Position numbers and translations under genes: made by a program
Part shown: positions 25,427-38,620 of the stretch, one piece after another
Layout of the letters: each line of letters opens with the position of its first letter
How positions within the stretch are numbered: the stretch's first letter is position 1
Assembly: GCF_001194135.2 (NCBI RefSeq)
Contig: NC_068989.1
Span: 61,223,735-61,263,131 of the forward strand
Reading direction: 5' to 3'
DNA: 39,397 nucleotides
Origin: Octopus bimaculoides
Lineage: Eukaryota
The notes under the pieces: generated by a model
Databases searched by the model: none
The model's input: only the letters and a program-made list of their open reading frames with translations
Told to the model about the DNA's origin: nothing

Positions 25427-25526
25427 ATGTATATTTATATATATATATATATATACACATACACACGCATATATATATATATATATATATGAACACACCC
25501 ATAGCACATACACAGATATATAGGAA

Positions 25527-25672
25527 GGGCTTCTTTCGGTTTCCGTCTAGCAGATCCCTTCACAAAGCTTTGATAGTCCTAAGGCTTTTGAAGCAGACGC
25601 TTGGGCAAGGTACCACACGGTTGGACTGAACTTGAAAGTGTATGGTTGTTAAGCAATTGTCTTACCACAGCC
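25527..25672 (-). mobile_element. SINE family B, 5' half
   Basis: Reverse complement ggctgtggtaagacaattgcttaacaacca...ggtaccttgcccaag...tagacggaaaccgaaagaagccc is collinear with 27503-27650. Confidence 0.8.
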
Positions 25673-25729
25673 ACTTACAGAATTTGAAAACTTCTTATCT
25701 ATGTTTAAATTTGAAAAGAAAACTAACAA

Positions 25730-25860
25730 CAAGAAATATAATAACGGGGCCTCTTGGGCATTCAAAACTTGTCTCTTTTAAAGCAAAATGCGATCAGTTT
25801 ATAACAAATACTAGCAGATTGATTAATGCCATCCCAGACACAAAACAATTTTTAGATGAC
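25730..25860 (+). mobile_element. Possible CR1/L2-type LINE extreme 3' remnant
   Basis: RNIITG...SFKAKCDQFITN resembles the FKxKLDxFL C-terminal motif of CR1/L2 ORF2. Confidence 0.3.
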
Positions 25861-25880
25861 TAACTGGACAAAGTATTTCC

Positions 25881-26020
<140 letters not shown>

Positions 26021-26149
26021 AGATATCATAACATAATATTATCATAATATTAACATAATATTAATAGATTTTAAGGCAGGACATTGCAACTACTACCATC
26101 CTATAATGCTCAGTTGAGGTCCAGCATTTCGTCTTCCTTTTACCTCTAT

Positions 26150-26487
26150 CACATATTCCAACATTCAAGATTGAGTCCAGAGTAAGGTCACTCAGATTAC
26201 TGGCATTAAACCACTTAATGAAAGACGACCCAGGGATGGTTTCATATTCGTTCGACATTTCTCTTTCAACAACAATAAATGTCTTTTATTGCTTGGAAGA
26301 TGCCGAAATTGTGGACTCTTCATTTACCATTTATTTTGTCGCTACCCTTGCTGTGCCCGATCTCTTACACGGCAGACGTCACACTCGCTACTCAGCTGAA
26401 ACCTACTATCGTCTTCAACCGTACGTTCCTCTGATATCTCATCCTTACTCATATTTTCCTTGCAGTTATCAAACTGGAACTATTTAA
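26150..26487 (+). mobile_element. Possible decayed CR1/L2-type LINE ORF2 3' fragment
   Basis: D*VQSKVTQI..KPLNERR, RHTRYS and SYFP...(K)xWNYL in shifted frames resemble the D.VQ.K, PL..RR, RTR and SFFPR...WN.LP motifs. Confidence 0.35.
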
Positions 26488-27140
26488 GTGAAACAACATT
26501 AATTGTACCGCTCTCGAAGATATGCGGTATCCAGATGCATTGTTGCTTCCTCAAGTCTCATGAAAGCAGGGAACATAATAAGGTCAGTTTTACACGATTG
26601 CAGTTTAACAAACCTGAAGTCATTCTGCTATAGCTGTATTCATCGGAAAATAAAATATTTCGAGAGCAGAAGACTTATTTTAGCCATTCAAAAACAAAAT
26701 TCTTAAACATTTTATATCATTAATTATTTAGGAAACTAAAATGATTAATGTATACATGTTTATGAAATATTAAAAGGTCACGTTGAAGTTGAAGATAAAC
26801 GAGCACTTTCCAATTCCATACATACACACACACATATATATNNNNNNNNNNNNNNNNNNNNNNNNNNNNNNNNNNNNNNNNNNNNNNNNNNNNNNNNNNN
26901 NNNNNNNNNNNNNNNNNNNNNNNNNNNNNNNNNNNNNNNNNNNNNNNNNNNNNNNNNNNNNNNNNNNNNNNNNNNNNNNNNNNNNNNNNNNNNNNNNNNN
27001 NNNNNNNNNNNNNNNNNNNNNNNNNNNNNNNNNNNNNNNNNNNNNNNNNNNNNNNNNNNNNNNNNNNNNNNNNNNNNNNNNNNNNNNNNNNNNNNNNNNN
27101 NNNNNNNNNNTATATATATATATACTACATACAGAGACAA

Positions 27141-27173
<33 letters not shown>

Positions 27174-27502
27174 CACACACACACGCACACACATACACAC
27201 ATTAAAACATTCCTTCTGAGCTTCGAAATCGTAGCTATTTGCAATTTCAATGACAGCCGGTGCAGAAACTCGTATTTGTATTTCTAAATGAAAACAGACG
27301 TTCTTCATTTCATATCTAACAACATCTCGTCAGGACGTCCACAAGGTGTAATAAGTTGCAACATACCAACAGTGTTGCTTTTCTTCGCAGGTGGTATAGA
27401 ACTTGCTGTTATAACATTCCAAATGTGATGATATTGGACAATTCTAAATCAAAGCCTAAAAGATTTTGGAAAAGATTTTGGAAGAGACCTGCAACACAGA
27501 GT

Positions 27503-27900
27503 GGCTGTGTGATAAGTAGCTTGCTTACCAACCACATGGTTCGGGTTCATTCACAGTGCGTGGCATCTTGGGCAAGTATATTTTATTATAGCCTCGAGCC
27601 GACCAAATCCTTGTGAGTGGATTTGGTAGACGGAAACTGAAAAAAGCCCGTCGTATATGTCTATATATATGTATGTGTGTGTATATCTTTGTGTTTCTGT
27701 GTTTGTCCCTCCAGCATCATTTGACAACCGATGGTGGTGTGTTTACGTCCTCGTAACTTAGCGGTTCGGCAAAAGAGACCGATAGAATAAGTAGTAGGCT
27801 TCCAAAGAATAAGTCTTGGGGTCAATTTGCTCGACTAAAAGCCAGTGCTCCTGCATGGCCGCAGTCAAGTGACTGAAACAAGGGAAAGAGAGTAAAAAAG
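27503..27900 (+). mobile_element. tRNA-derived SINE family B, near full length
   Basis: tRNA-like head (ggctgtgtgataagtagcttgc...ggttcgggttcatt), central domain gtggatttggtagacggaaactgaaaaaagcccgtcg, internal (TA/GT)n, tail catggccgcagtcaagtgactgaaacaag. Other copies at 8729, 17585 and 25527. Confidence 0.9.
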
Positions 27901-28153
27901 ACATAGAAATTTTGTATTGACATACACTAAAAGTAGATTAAAATAATCATTTGTGCTTTATTAATAGAAATAAAATATATTACTGAATGAATGTTTTTTT
28001 GAAACATTTTCCGCGATATATTGACAATTTATCTCCTGTTTCCTATAATTCGATACATGTATTTATAACTGAATGTCCAAAATGATTAAGTCTGTATAGG
28101 CTCGTATGCTATTGTGGTGTGTCATGTAGCGAGTGAAGAAACAATTTTTTCAG

Positions 28154-28180
28154 ATGAAGACGTTCTTCACTATTGTCGCA
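28154..28180 (+). CDS. Candidate 27-nt micro-exon (DEDVLHYCR in phase 1, or MKTFFTIVA in phase 0)
   Basis: Acceptor aattttttcAG and donor GCA/GTAAGA. Length is a multiple of 3 and two frames are open. Confidence 0.2.
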
Positions 28181-29057
28181 GTAAGAATTAAATGACTCGG
28201 GACGAAAACCAAGTATCTCATTGAATCAAGTCAAAATAGCATGAGACTGGGATATAAAATTTGTGACATTCTACGTGCTATAACGTCTCAAAGCGTCGGA
28301 TGTTAGCCAATTTTGTAATACGAACAGTCAGAACGTATTATCTGTACGTCTTTGTATTTATCCTTTCATTAGTTACATGAGCTACGAACGTTATTTCTGG
28401 TAGAAATATGACGGCAGCTACCTATCACTTTGAAATAAACCTTTTTGAATCGCAATTAATACATGGATACGGCGTTTACAAAAGATTGTGGTTATCTTAT
28501 ATTCTAAGTATAGTGAGTATGTTTTCAAGGTAAACTTTTACAGAAGTAATGAAAAAAAGCATGGAAAAATAGACAATGTTTCGCAATATGAAAGAATGAA
28601 ATTACTCTCCCGAGATGCTGTTAGTATACAGTTTCGATATATCAAATTAAATTGCTTCGCCTTGCAATAAATAATTATCAAAGTCGAATACACTTCAAGT
28701 TTCAGAAGACGATACAGTCTTTCCATTCATTTAATTAAAGGGTAACATTACCGCAAAATAAAATATACCTACCGATAATTCCAATCAATATAATTACTGT
28801 TCATATCTACGGACAGTTTATAACGTATGGAAGTATGGAAAATATACGATAATAATCTGAAATATGATGAATACAATTATTTAATCTCTCTTCTTCTCTC
28901 CCTTCTCTATCTCTCCTTCTCTCTGTACTAGCATACAATCTTAAATATGTGTAGATATTTATCTGTAATTGTCTCACCATTTCTCCTCTTTGATGCTTCG
29001 CATGCACCCTCACTCACTCACATTCACAAACAGACATACATATACATGCATGTTGTG

Positions 29058-29093
29058 AGAGAGAGATAGAGAGAGCGAAAGAGAGATAGAGAG

Positions 29094-29131
<38 letters not shown>

Positions 29132-29150
29132 TGTGTGTGTGTGTGTGTGT
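29058..29150. repeat. Compound (GA)n(GT)n microsatellite
   Basis: Read directly. Confidence 0.9.
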
Positions 29151-32100
29151 CAATTATTTAACATACATATGCGTGGTTGTAGGTTTATGTATAAATATGT
29201 TATCATGCTGATAACAAAGTCGTTAAGTTAACAAATTATTTCTGGCTGTCAGTTTTAATTTAACTAATTTTCTTGTATATGTAATAATAGTTGAACATTA
29301 TTTTCTGCATATCTAGGAAGGTCATATTATGCGCTTCATTCATTATTTACAAAACACTGGTATTATGCTCATGAGTTGAATAGAATGTAACAGCTGGAAA
29401 TCTTACAAGCGATAATTAGCTATTTTGTTTTCGTGCCATTAACTTATTAATGGTTTGATTTTATACAGTTCGTTTAGAAATTGGCAATTTAATAATTTGA
29501 AAATATACGAGATTTTTCTCATTGCAGCATTTCGGAAATACATATTTTTATATCTTGGAGAATTTATTTCCATGATTTCAGCATGTTACATTATACATGT
29601 TACATAAAACTGTTATTTTATTTTAATACGCAAAAATGCATCTTACGAATTCGTTAAGCACCTTATACAATGTAAATATGTTTTAATTGTGAAAAATTAT
29701 CAATTGTTTTAAAGAACATCATCGATTTTCTCCTTTGTTGAATGTTTTATAGTTAAGTAAAGTATGTGTTTTCAGTTTAAAGCATTTGATGTGTGTTCAT
29801 CAAAGTTAAAAATATATACAATACAACAGTCATTCGAAAGATGAATAACAATAACTAGGGACTAACTTTAATTCATTGTGTTCCAACTTGATTTTTCCCA
29901 CGTTATTTAAAGCATATCAGAAGCTGAACCGAATTCTGGACAAGAGGTTAAAGACTTAAGGAACTGATGTTAAGTTATCTGCCTAGGAAGCATAGATACA
30001 TAACCTTCAAGGTTTTAAGATATGCATCTTTGATGCCATTAATGCATACTTTAATCTGCATTAATTTGGTTTATCTAAAACCTGAAGTAAATTCATTTTT
30101 CTCACACACAAACACACTCATACGAATAGCGAATATTTATAATTACATGCAAATATATACATGCACGCACATATACACATGCTCATCTACATAACTATCC
30201 CTTTATTTCTGTCTAAATGTTTGTCTGCCTGTCTGTCTGTCTGTCTGTCTATATCTTTCTCCCTCTCCTTCTCTTTGCATATACAATTGCATATTTAACA
30301 TAAAATTTGGAAAGAAATTTATAAATATATGTCATGGCATTGTTAAGTTGTGCTTCTCGGGGTAGCTCTTGATTATGGCACCATGCATGTCCCCAAATCT
30401 GTATATGCTTATACAGAAGATTCAATGTTTCGGACCCTATAAAAGTGTCACCCGGGGAAAATCAATCTCAGCCACATAATATGACATTCCTAGATATACA
30501 CCTCTCACTACAGTACTTGATATATATTTATATGTTTAATGTCATTGTGGTTAAACAAGAAAACTAAGCGACTCACATTTTCGATTATCCAACGAGGAAT
30601 AATGTGGGGTTGAAGAAATTAGTTATTAGAAGTCTAAAACAAAATATTCCCTTTCTGTGTTCTCAATAATCTTCTGTATCTTTCTACATTATGGATATAA
30701 AAGCTCTAAAAATTCCAGCCACCCATTGTACCTAAAATATCTTCGGTTTAAAAGAATTCTTCAAAAAGTGCTATGAAGTGTCGCGATGGCGAATAAACTT
30801 GGTCGAAAATTTCCCATGGTAATAGCTGTAGTGTGATAACATTTACACTAAATTGATGTTACTATCCTAAATTTTGTTACTTTTAATAGATAGAATCATG
30901 ATGCTTGGAGTAGAGAACACAGGATATAAAATAAAAACAATGTTTTATAAGAGTGTAAATTCTTTTGTTGGATAAATCTTTAGTGATAATTTCCTCACAA
31001 ACAGGGAATCATATTCTCAACAAATCAGCAATGCTGCTTCATCTATTTAATTTACTTCTCAACCAATAGACAGATTTTGCATGCTACTCTATCAAACATC
31101 ATACCTATTCATAAATATTAAACGCAAGGTTTATTAGCGCATCTGAGGCAGCTCTCGTTATAATAATACCACATAATACAATAGTGATTTGTCTTACAGC
31201 AATAGTAATATCACATAGAGTAGTGGCTCTTTATAGTCTCAGCACTGTTTGACATATGTTACTGAAACAAGACCTCACTCTTTGTACAAAATTCTGTGTA
31301 AACATAATCATACGCACGGTGTCAGCAATAGGACAGATTATCATACTTATACAATTATATGTGTACGCTTTGGCCAGCTTCCATTGAAAATATGATACTT
31401 TGATCAATACCTCGTATATGTATATGCTCTTTATCATCTCACGTCAGCTTCACAGATAACTATATGCGCATAATTTGCTATAAGTACAATGGATTGTATG
31501 CTTAAAACGATATGCATGCACACGTGGATACATATGTACAAACACATAAATGTTACATGGTTTTCGTTAACACTTCTCTTCAGGCCGATATGAACGATCA
31601 TTTTTATATCAACAATATCTCTATCTTGCTAAGTGGAATTTAGCAAGCAATCTAAGTAGATCGCTATTCGTACACACACATATATATATGTGTGTGTACG
31701 TATTCAAATTCTGATCTTATTAAAGAATGAAACAATCAACGCTTCTATCATGATTTCAACTTCGGTTCACTATGTTTTTATTGTTTTATACGTGTTTATA
31801 GTATACTAATGTGTTAATAAACTAATTTTATTCTGTTGATCATCAACATGAAATATTCATAATTTCACAACAATGCCTGTTAATAGTTTATGTATTAATT
31901 TTCATTTGTTACAATTCACCGTTTCTTTCTCTTCCAAGTACAAGTCTATTACAGTACTTGTACATGATGAATATGATCAATGAGATTCAAATTGTTGTTT
32001 CTCTTGCTGAGCTTAAATACTGTGAGACCACATGCAGATGTTTGAGATAGTTCACATTTAAAATAATTAATTATTTAATACATTTCAAAATTTTTCTACC

Positions 32101-32238
32101 ATCGGGCTGATTAAAAACAAAAAGGATTTGATATATCAAACCGCCTGTAATATGCATAGCTTTGTTCCGTGCTACAAATGCTAATTTCGATGCAAGACTA
32201 ACTTTTTAATGTTTTAAATACATGACTGTTAATCAAAG

Positions 32239-32378
32239 GTGATATACTAAATGACTGGAAAGAAAAATGTCAGAAGATAATTAACAATTCGAAAACTACA
32301 ATTTTGCATGCAGTCATTGATTATTTTGCATTGAATGAAAAGATTTTAATGGCTGCTGGTATTCGCGCTTACATAGCA
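32239..32378 (+). CDS. Candidate exon of unknown gene (DILNDWKEKCQKIINNSKTTILHAVIDYFALNEKILMAAGIRAYIA)
   Basis: 46 open codons ending at a strong donor GCA/GTGAGT. The acceptor aatcaaAG is weak. No homology recognised. Confidence 0.3.
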
Positions 32379-32947
32379 GTGAGTATTACTCTCACAATGA
32401 TTAGATCCAATGTATCCATTTATTAAAGCTATTTAAGTTGAAAAAATTGCGTCTTGTTTCTTTATTTCAAATAATAAAATCTCCCGGCGTCATCATGAAT
32501 TATAAATTCCTTAATTTTATTGATAACATACAGAAGACTATCAAAGTTATTTCTATAAAATAGCCATAAAAATAAATCCCTTGATGTATTTTCTGTCGAC
32601 TAATTAATGATATTGCCCAACATAACATTTTCAGTTAATTAGAATATTGTAAAACTCAACAAGATGTCATGCGTTCAAATAAATTTGCAATCAAACTGTA
32701 TGTATAAGTATGTGTCTATGTATGCGTTTATGATTACAGTTGTGTGCGTCTGTGTGTGTGTTTGTGCATGTATATATGTCTGTGAGTCTATGTGTCCGTG
32801 AGAATTATTAGATAACTACGACACGAATCAGATTCTATTTTCTTTGACAATGGGTGTTCGCTAGAAGTATTTCTGCATTAATAAATACTCATTCTGAGGT
32901 AAGGTAGTTTAAAATAAGAAATTGTAGCATGTGTGTTTGCGCGCGCG

Positions 32948-32998
<51 letters not shown>

Positions 32999-33199
32999 CA
33001 GCTGTGTGCTATCGTTAGCTGATCTTGAAGTATTGGATGCACATCTCTTATTATTATATCAAAACAGAGGCTGACATTACGGCCCATATAGGTTTTGGGG
33101 TGTTTTCTACAAGAGCACCATGTTCCTCATCAACAATCACTTAGACCAAAATGTTACACTTAGAACGCTGCTGCAAACTCCTCCGCTTAAAACGATCTT

Positions 33200-33200
33200 A

Positions 33201-33257
<57 letters not shown>

Positions 33258-33320
33258 GTCTGTCTGTCTGTTTGTATGTCTGTCTGTTTATGTGTCTATC
33301 ATTTTATCTATCTATCTATA
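33200..33320. repeat. (TATC)n/(TGTC)n microsatellite
   Basis: Read directly. Confidence 0.9.
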
Positions 33321-33533
33321 TATTTATACATTTTGTAGTGTATAACATATGAGTTTATAAAATCGTTTGAGTGTCACAGAAAGCCACCCCCACTTCACAG
33401 ACTCTTTTATCACATCATATAGTAATCTAATACGGAGGAATATAATGCAGATCTCTTAAATCCAAGAGAACCTATCGTTGAGAGACTTTCACAGGGAGTA
33501 TATAAACGATAAAGTTATGGGAGGTAAATGCAT

Positions 33534-33874
33534 TTATTTAACCACATGTCTTCCTTGAGCTTACGGCCGTTTCGCATCTTTCATCATGTAATGGTAATTT
33601 TGCTGTATAGCAAATTATGTTTACATGTCTGCAATATTATGCATGCAACGCATTACTCATCTCTCACGTTTGCAATATTGGTTTAACCATGATATTTTGA
33701 AGATCTGTTGTGCTAACTTTGTTGATTTGCACTGATTTGTAAACATGTATGTTTATAATATGTAGAATGCATATTAGTGCTGACATATAAACACAGATTA
33801 TTATATATTGAACTTATCACATGATGAAGGCTGCAAACCTGCCGTAAGCCTCGTGATGACATGTGGTTGAATAA
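33534..33874. repeat. 56-bp imperfect inverted repeat (33534-33589 / 33819-33874), spacer 229 bp
   Basis: Ungapped hand alignment gives 44/56 identical positions in non-simple sequence. Confidence 0.85.
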
Positions 33875-36577
33875 GTATATATCCCGNNNNNNNNNNNNNN
33901 NNNNNNNNNNNNNNNNNNNNNNNNNNNNNNNNNNNNNNNNNNNNNNNNNNNNNNNNNNNNNNNNNNNNNNNNNNNNNNNNNNNNNNNNNNNNNNNNNNNN
34001 NNNNNNNNNNNNNNNNNNNNNNNNNNNNNNNNNNNNNNNNNNNNNNNNNNNNNNNNNNNNNNNNNNNNNNNNNNNNNNNNNNNNNNNNNNNNNNNNNNNN
34101 NNNNNNNNNNNNNNNNNNNNNNNNNNNNNNNNNNNNNNNNNNNNNNNNNNNNNNNNNNNNNNNNNNNNNNNNNNNNNNNNNNNNNNNNNNNNNNNNNNNN
34201 NNNNNNNNNNNNNNNNNNNNNNNNNNNNNNNNNNNNNNNNNNNNNNNNNNNNNNNNNNNNNNNNNNNNNNNNNNNNNNNNNNNNNNNNNNNNNNNNNNNN
34301 NNNNNNNNNNNNNNNNNNNNNNNNNNNNNNNNNNNNNNNNNNNNNNNNNNNNNNNNNNNNNNNNNNNNNNNNNNNNNNNNNNNNNNNNNNNNNNNNNNNN
34401 NNNNNNNNNNNNGTGCGTGTGTGTGTGTACACAATAAAAAATTCCAAGAGAGCATATATGTAATAATGCAGTCATGAAGTAAACAACTCTAACCCATAAG
34501 ATTATAGTAATAAAAGCACAAACACACAGGCTGCATTGAATAGGATTCTAAATCCCAATTATTCACAGTATTTTGTTTATATAGAGAGCTAAACATAATG
34601 ACTGTACGTCACGGTTAAAACATTGAATTAAAAGTTGTTGTACTAAACACGTATAACTTTTGAGGTAATCATGATTCTGGTGGTGATCTATTTTTGAATT
34701 CCCTTAATGTTCAATCTGCCTGTCTATAATACTCCCTATTTCAATGGTACTGTATGTCTATTCATTATCTTCATTGTAATGTTTATACAAACATACGCAC
34801 ACATGAAATATGCATACAATTACGGAAATTGAGCGTCGCAAAATCAATCTTATTCGGACAATGATAAATGTGTAAGTATGTAGATATGTGTGTGTGTATG
34901 TATGTGTATGCGCGCATGTGTGTGTATGTGTATAGTTATACACGGTGGCCGTTTTCTGTAAGTGATTTTCTTTTCTGTTTTCGGAATTATTACCTTTTCT
35001 ATTAATTTGTAGGTATCCGCTTTACACTCACATCTCTTGTTACACGAAACGCATTGTAACTGTTTCCACGAACGACTGACTGTGTAAGTCTTGGTGTTTA
35101 AGACAATCGGTTTTGTGCTCAAATGTTTTGCAGAGATTCTTATAAAATCCTATATGATTCGTGTGAATGATACAATGTAAAATTTCCTGATTTTGTGAAA
35201 ATTTATTTTGATCAAGAGAATTGTTTCACTGGATTTTCCTAACAGTTTGAATAAGAGAATATGCAGAATTTCCTTTCCATCTATCTCCTTGACTGGTATT
35301 GGAAATGAATCATTTCCTTAAATGCTGACATCGTATAAAAAGGAAAATATATTGTAATTAGCATTATTGAAAACTCTTAAAATGTTTTAACAACATCGCC
35401 TTATGCAACTCAAAATCGCATATATATATTTGTTAATATCAACGAATAATAATCGATCTTATTAGGATTATGCTCTAATAGCTTAATGCATGTTGTTTCT
35501 AGATGACAAGGACCCCTAGAATGAAACATTTCTTATATTGGAACAAATATTCCCATTTAATTGGATCTTTTTGTCTCAATATGTGGTGTGTTTGATACCT
35601 AATCGTAAAAGAAAGTGCATCGATACCAAAAATATACAAGTGTATATTTTACGGTTGTTTACATTTATATTCATTTCACTTGAATATATAAAAAACAATT
35701 TGTAAGTTTTCAATACCTTAAAGATTTGATTACATAAAAAGATGCATGCCGAGTTGTTAATTCTGTAGCATCAAACGTATATAAGTTCACCTAGAACGAA
35801 CGTGGTTTTATCTATTTTCTTTCACCGATTCGGGCCTCTGTACTCCTTTAAAATAGCCAGTTGATATTTATATAGATAGAATATCCTATTTTCTTCGACG
35901 GCATTGACAGAAGGTTCACTTCTATTTCTACAGCATTTGCTGTCCTTATAATATTTGCTGCATAAATCTAATTCGCATTCGACGCAACACACACTCAACT
36001 TTCCTCTTCTCATAAACTCTACCGTATTTGATGTCATCGAACCATGCGTTAAACTCTTCTCCTATTCTTTTCGCCTTGTTATGTCAATCTTCTTGATCTT
36101 TCTTCGTTCTATCTTTTTTCACTGCAATCTTTGACATAAACCGTATTAATCTCTCTACTCTTGAGGGTCCACCGAACGATATGTATACATGCCTTTCTTG
36201 TCACTGAGCAATAAAAGCAATAAAATACCGCCGGGTGCTTTAAAATTCGAAATTTAAATTTGTATTCGAATAGATCAAAAACAGATTTTCATTATTCCTT
36301 CCAGTGAATGAACGAATGAGTTACAGAAATCAAGAAACAGATTACCTTCTGAGATATAAATCTCATAAGAATTTGTCATTTGTTTTTAATGTTTCTAATA
36401 CGCATTTTACTCATCCACCTCCGCATTCTATAAAAAATTTTTTCGAGTTGTCTTTTTCTCTCTTTTACTCTTCATCTCTACATATACATACGTGCATACA
36501 TATATATAATAACAAGTGCTCACATTCACGCATACAAACACATATGTATATCAGCTGAAATAATGTATTTTACATAG

Positions 36578-36650
36578 CTATATATTGAGTATATTCAAGT
36601 TGATGCCATTTGCTTCAAAAACAAGGATAAACACCATTATCTCCAGGAAG
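36578..36650 (+). CDS. Candidate exon (LYIEYIQVDAICFKNKDKHHYLQE)
   Basis: Acceptor gtattttacatAG, open frame in phase 0 to 1, donor AAG/GTATGC. Confidence 0.18.
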
Positions 36651-38230
36651 GTATGCATTCCTGTTTACACGATAATAATGTGCATCATATTCAACCGATC
36701 GCTGCCCCTTCCTCCTGCAAAAGAAATTTTCAACTGTAGAGATATGTAGAAACACAATGCATGAGCGAGATATAAAGACAAAAATGCCTAAGATATTTCC
36801 AACTAAGAAAATTCTGCTAAAATATTTCGCATGTTTACGATTGTTGTGCGGTAGATCAGCAAAAGAATTGAATTGAATCAGAGAATATTGCGTTAAATCC
36901 TGTTTGCTGTAGAATTCAAGATAACACGATTATATTTTTACTTTGATATTATTATTATTTTTGTTCGGAAAAAATAGATTATACTCGGCCTCTTTTATCG
37001 ATTGATAGATTTTAAACTAATATTGAACAAAATAGAAATCTCAAATTCGTGACATTTTACTGGTTTGAATATAATAAATATTACTTGTGAAATCTACGAT
37101 AAAAAAGTTATTTGTATTTTTATTGATCATTTCAATATATCTTAAAAGATAGAGGTGAATTGTTAAAGTGAATATGATATTGGGCAAAGTTATCACGTTT
37201 CTTGAATTCCTGTGTTTCGTAGTATATTTTAATAAAACTCTTAAATCATTGTGTCTAAGTTTATTTAGCTATCACGAAGAATAAGTTCTACTAAGAATAA
37301 AACACCCCACCTCCTGGTGTTCTGTGGAGAGGGAGCAGGAATTCATTTCGCATCTCCTGAAATTGTAAAAAAGAAACAAATATCACAACTCTGTTCTGAT
37401 TACATAATTATCCCTGGAAAAGAAAAACACATCTTATTCCTTGTGATTCAATTGCAAATATAGGAAAAGGATTCGGCATCTATATGAACATTAAATGCTC
37501 ATTGAAATTAATTGACTAGACTTTCCGTCATTGCAAACACCAATAGTACAAACTCCATTTGATTAGGCACGGTACTATACCTATTCTGATCGTTTCGATA
37601 ATTCTTAACTACTCAACGGTGATACGTTTTGTCCATTAATGAGAGATAGTTTCCAGTAGTTATGACGTCGTAACTATATACATGGCAAGATGAGAATAAA
37701 AGAGATATGTCTTTCCCCGCGCTGGAAGAGCTTCTTGACATATACCACGTGTATTATAAAGCTATATTATATTTTATAGATCTCACACTATACGCCTCAA
37801 ATGTTGAGGATCATGCATGAATTAATAGGTTTTTTCAAGAAAATACTTTGTAGTTTAAAAAGAGCCATGTTGTCTTTTAGTGTTTACAATTTAATGCAGA
37901 ACTTTAGTGACTTTATTAAATTAAAATAGCTTACATCTACGATATATTTAAACTGGTTTACAAACCAAATGTTATTGGAATGTAATTTACGACAGTACCC
38001 TAAATAGAAAGTTGGCAATACATAGATATACAAAGTACACACACACACACACATACACACACATACACACTCACACGAAAACACACAGACTCTCACATGG
38101 ACACACACAGACACACATGTAGCTATTAAAATATATTTCTTAGTAAAGTAACTTCCGTTTAAGTTTACGATACTCTCTGTGTATTTGTGTATATGTAAAG
38201 TGGTTGATTTGTACAAATATTCTTTCAGCT

Positions 38231-38341
38231 AAATTTTTTAGGGGAGAACTTAGTCAATATCATGGACCAAAATGCTGATACTGCTAAGTATCTTATCACC
38301 CTTGAAAGGATGAAAGGTGTAGTCAATCTCAGTGGAATTTG
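38231..38341 (-). mobile_element. SINE family A fragment
   Basis: Reverse complement aaattccactgagattgactacacctttcatcctttcaagggtgataagatacttagcag matches the family A core. Confidence 0.7.
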
Positions 38342-38454
38342 TATAAAACTGAAAGAGACAGAAGAACCTTCACTAATCATTTTGACCGACGTGCTAATGA
38401 TTCTTTACGATTTTTAGTTTTATGCACACAAAGCGTAAAATATTTAGGACTTTG

Positions 38455-38620
38455 ATAAGTCAATAGTATCGACCACAGCGCTCAAACCTTTTCATCAATG
38501 CTGAAGTGCTGAAAGACAAGAGTGACCTCGGTGGCTTTTGAACTCAGAACGTAAAGGACCAGAAAAAACCCCAGTAAGGATGTATGTCCGACATGATAAG
38601 GAATCTGCCAGCTCACTGCA
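38455..38620 (-). mobile_element. SINE family A fragment including head
   Basis: Reverse complement gcagtgagctggcagattccttatcatgtcggac...tttacgttctgagttcaaaagccaccgaggtcac has A-box and B-box-like elements. Confidence 0.7.

Noticed and set aside
27391-27502. Strong acceptor (ttgcttttcttcgcAG) followed by WYRTCCYNIP... or GGIELAVITFQM*
   Set aside because: There is no donor before the frame runs into a 12-bp tandem duplication and the SINE, and the reading frame is ambiguous.
30438-30445. TATAAAAG box
   Set aside because: It is common in DNA this AT-rich, with no other promoter evidence.
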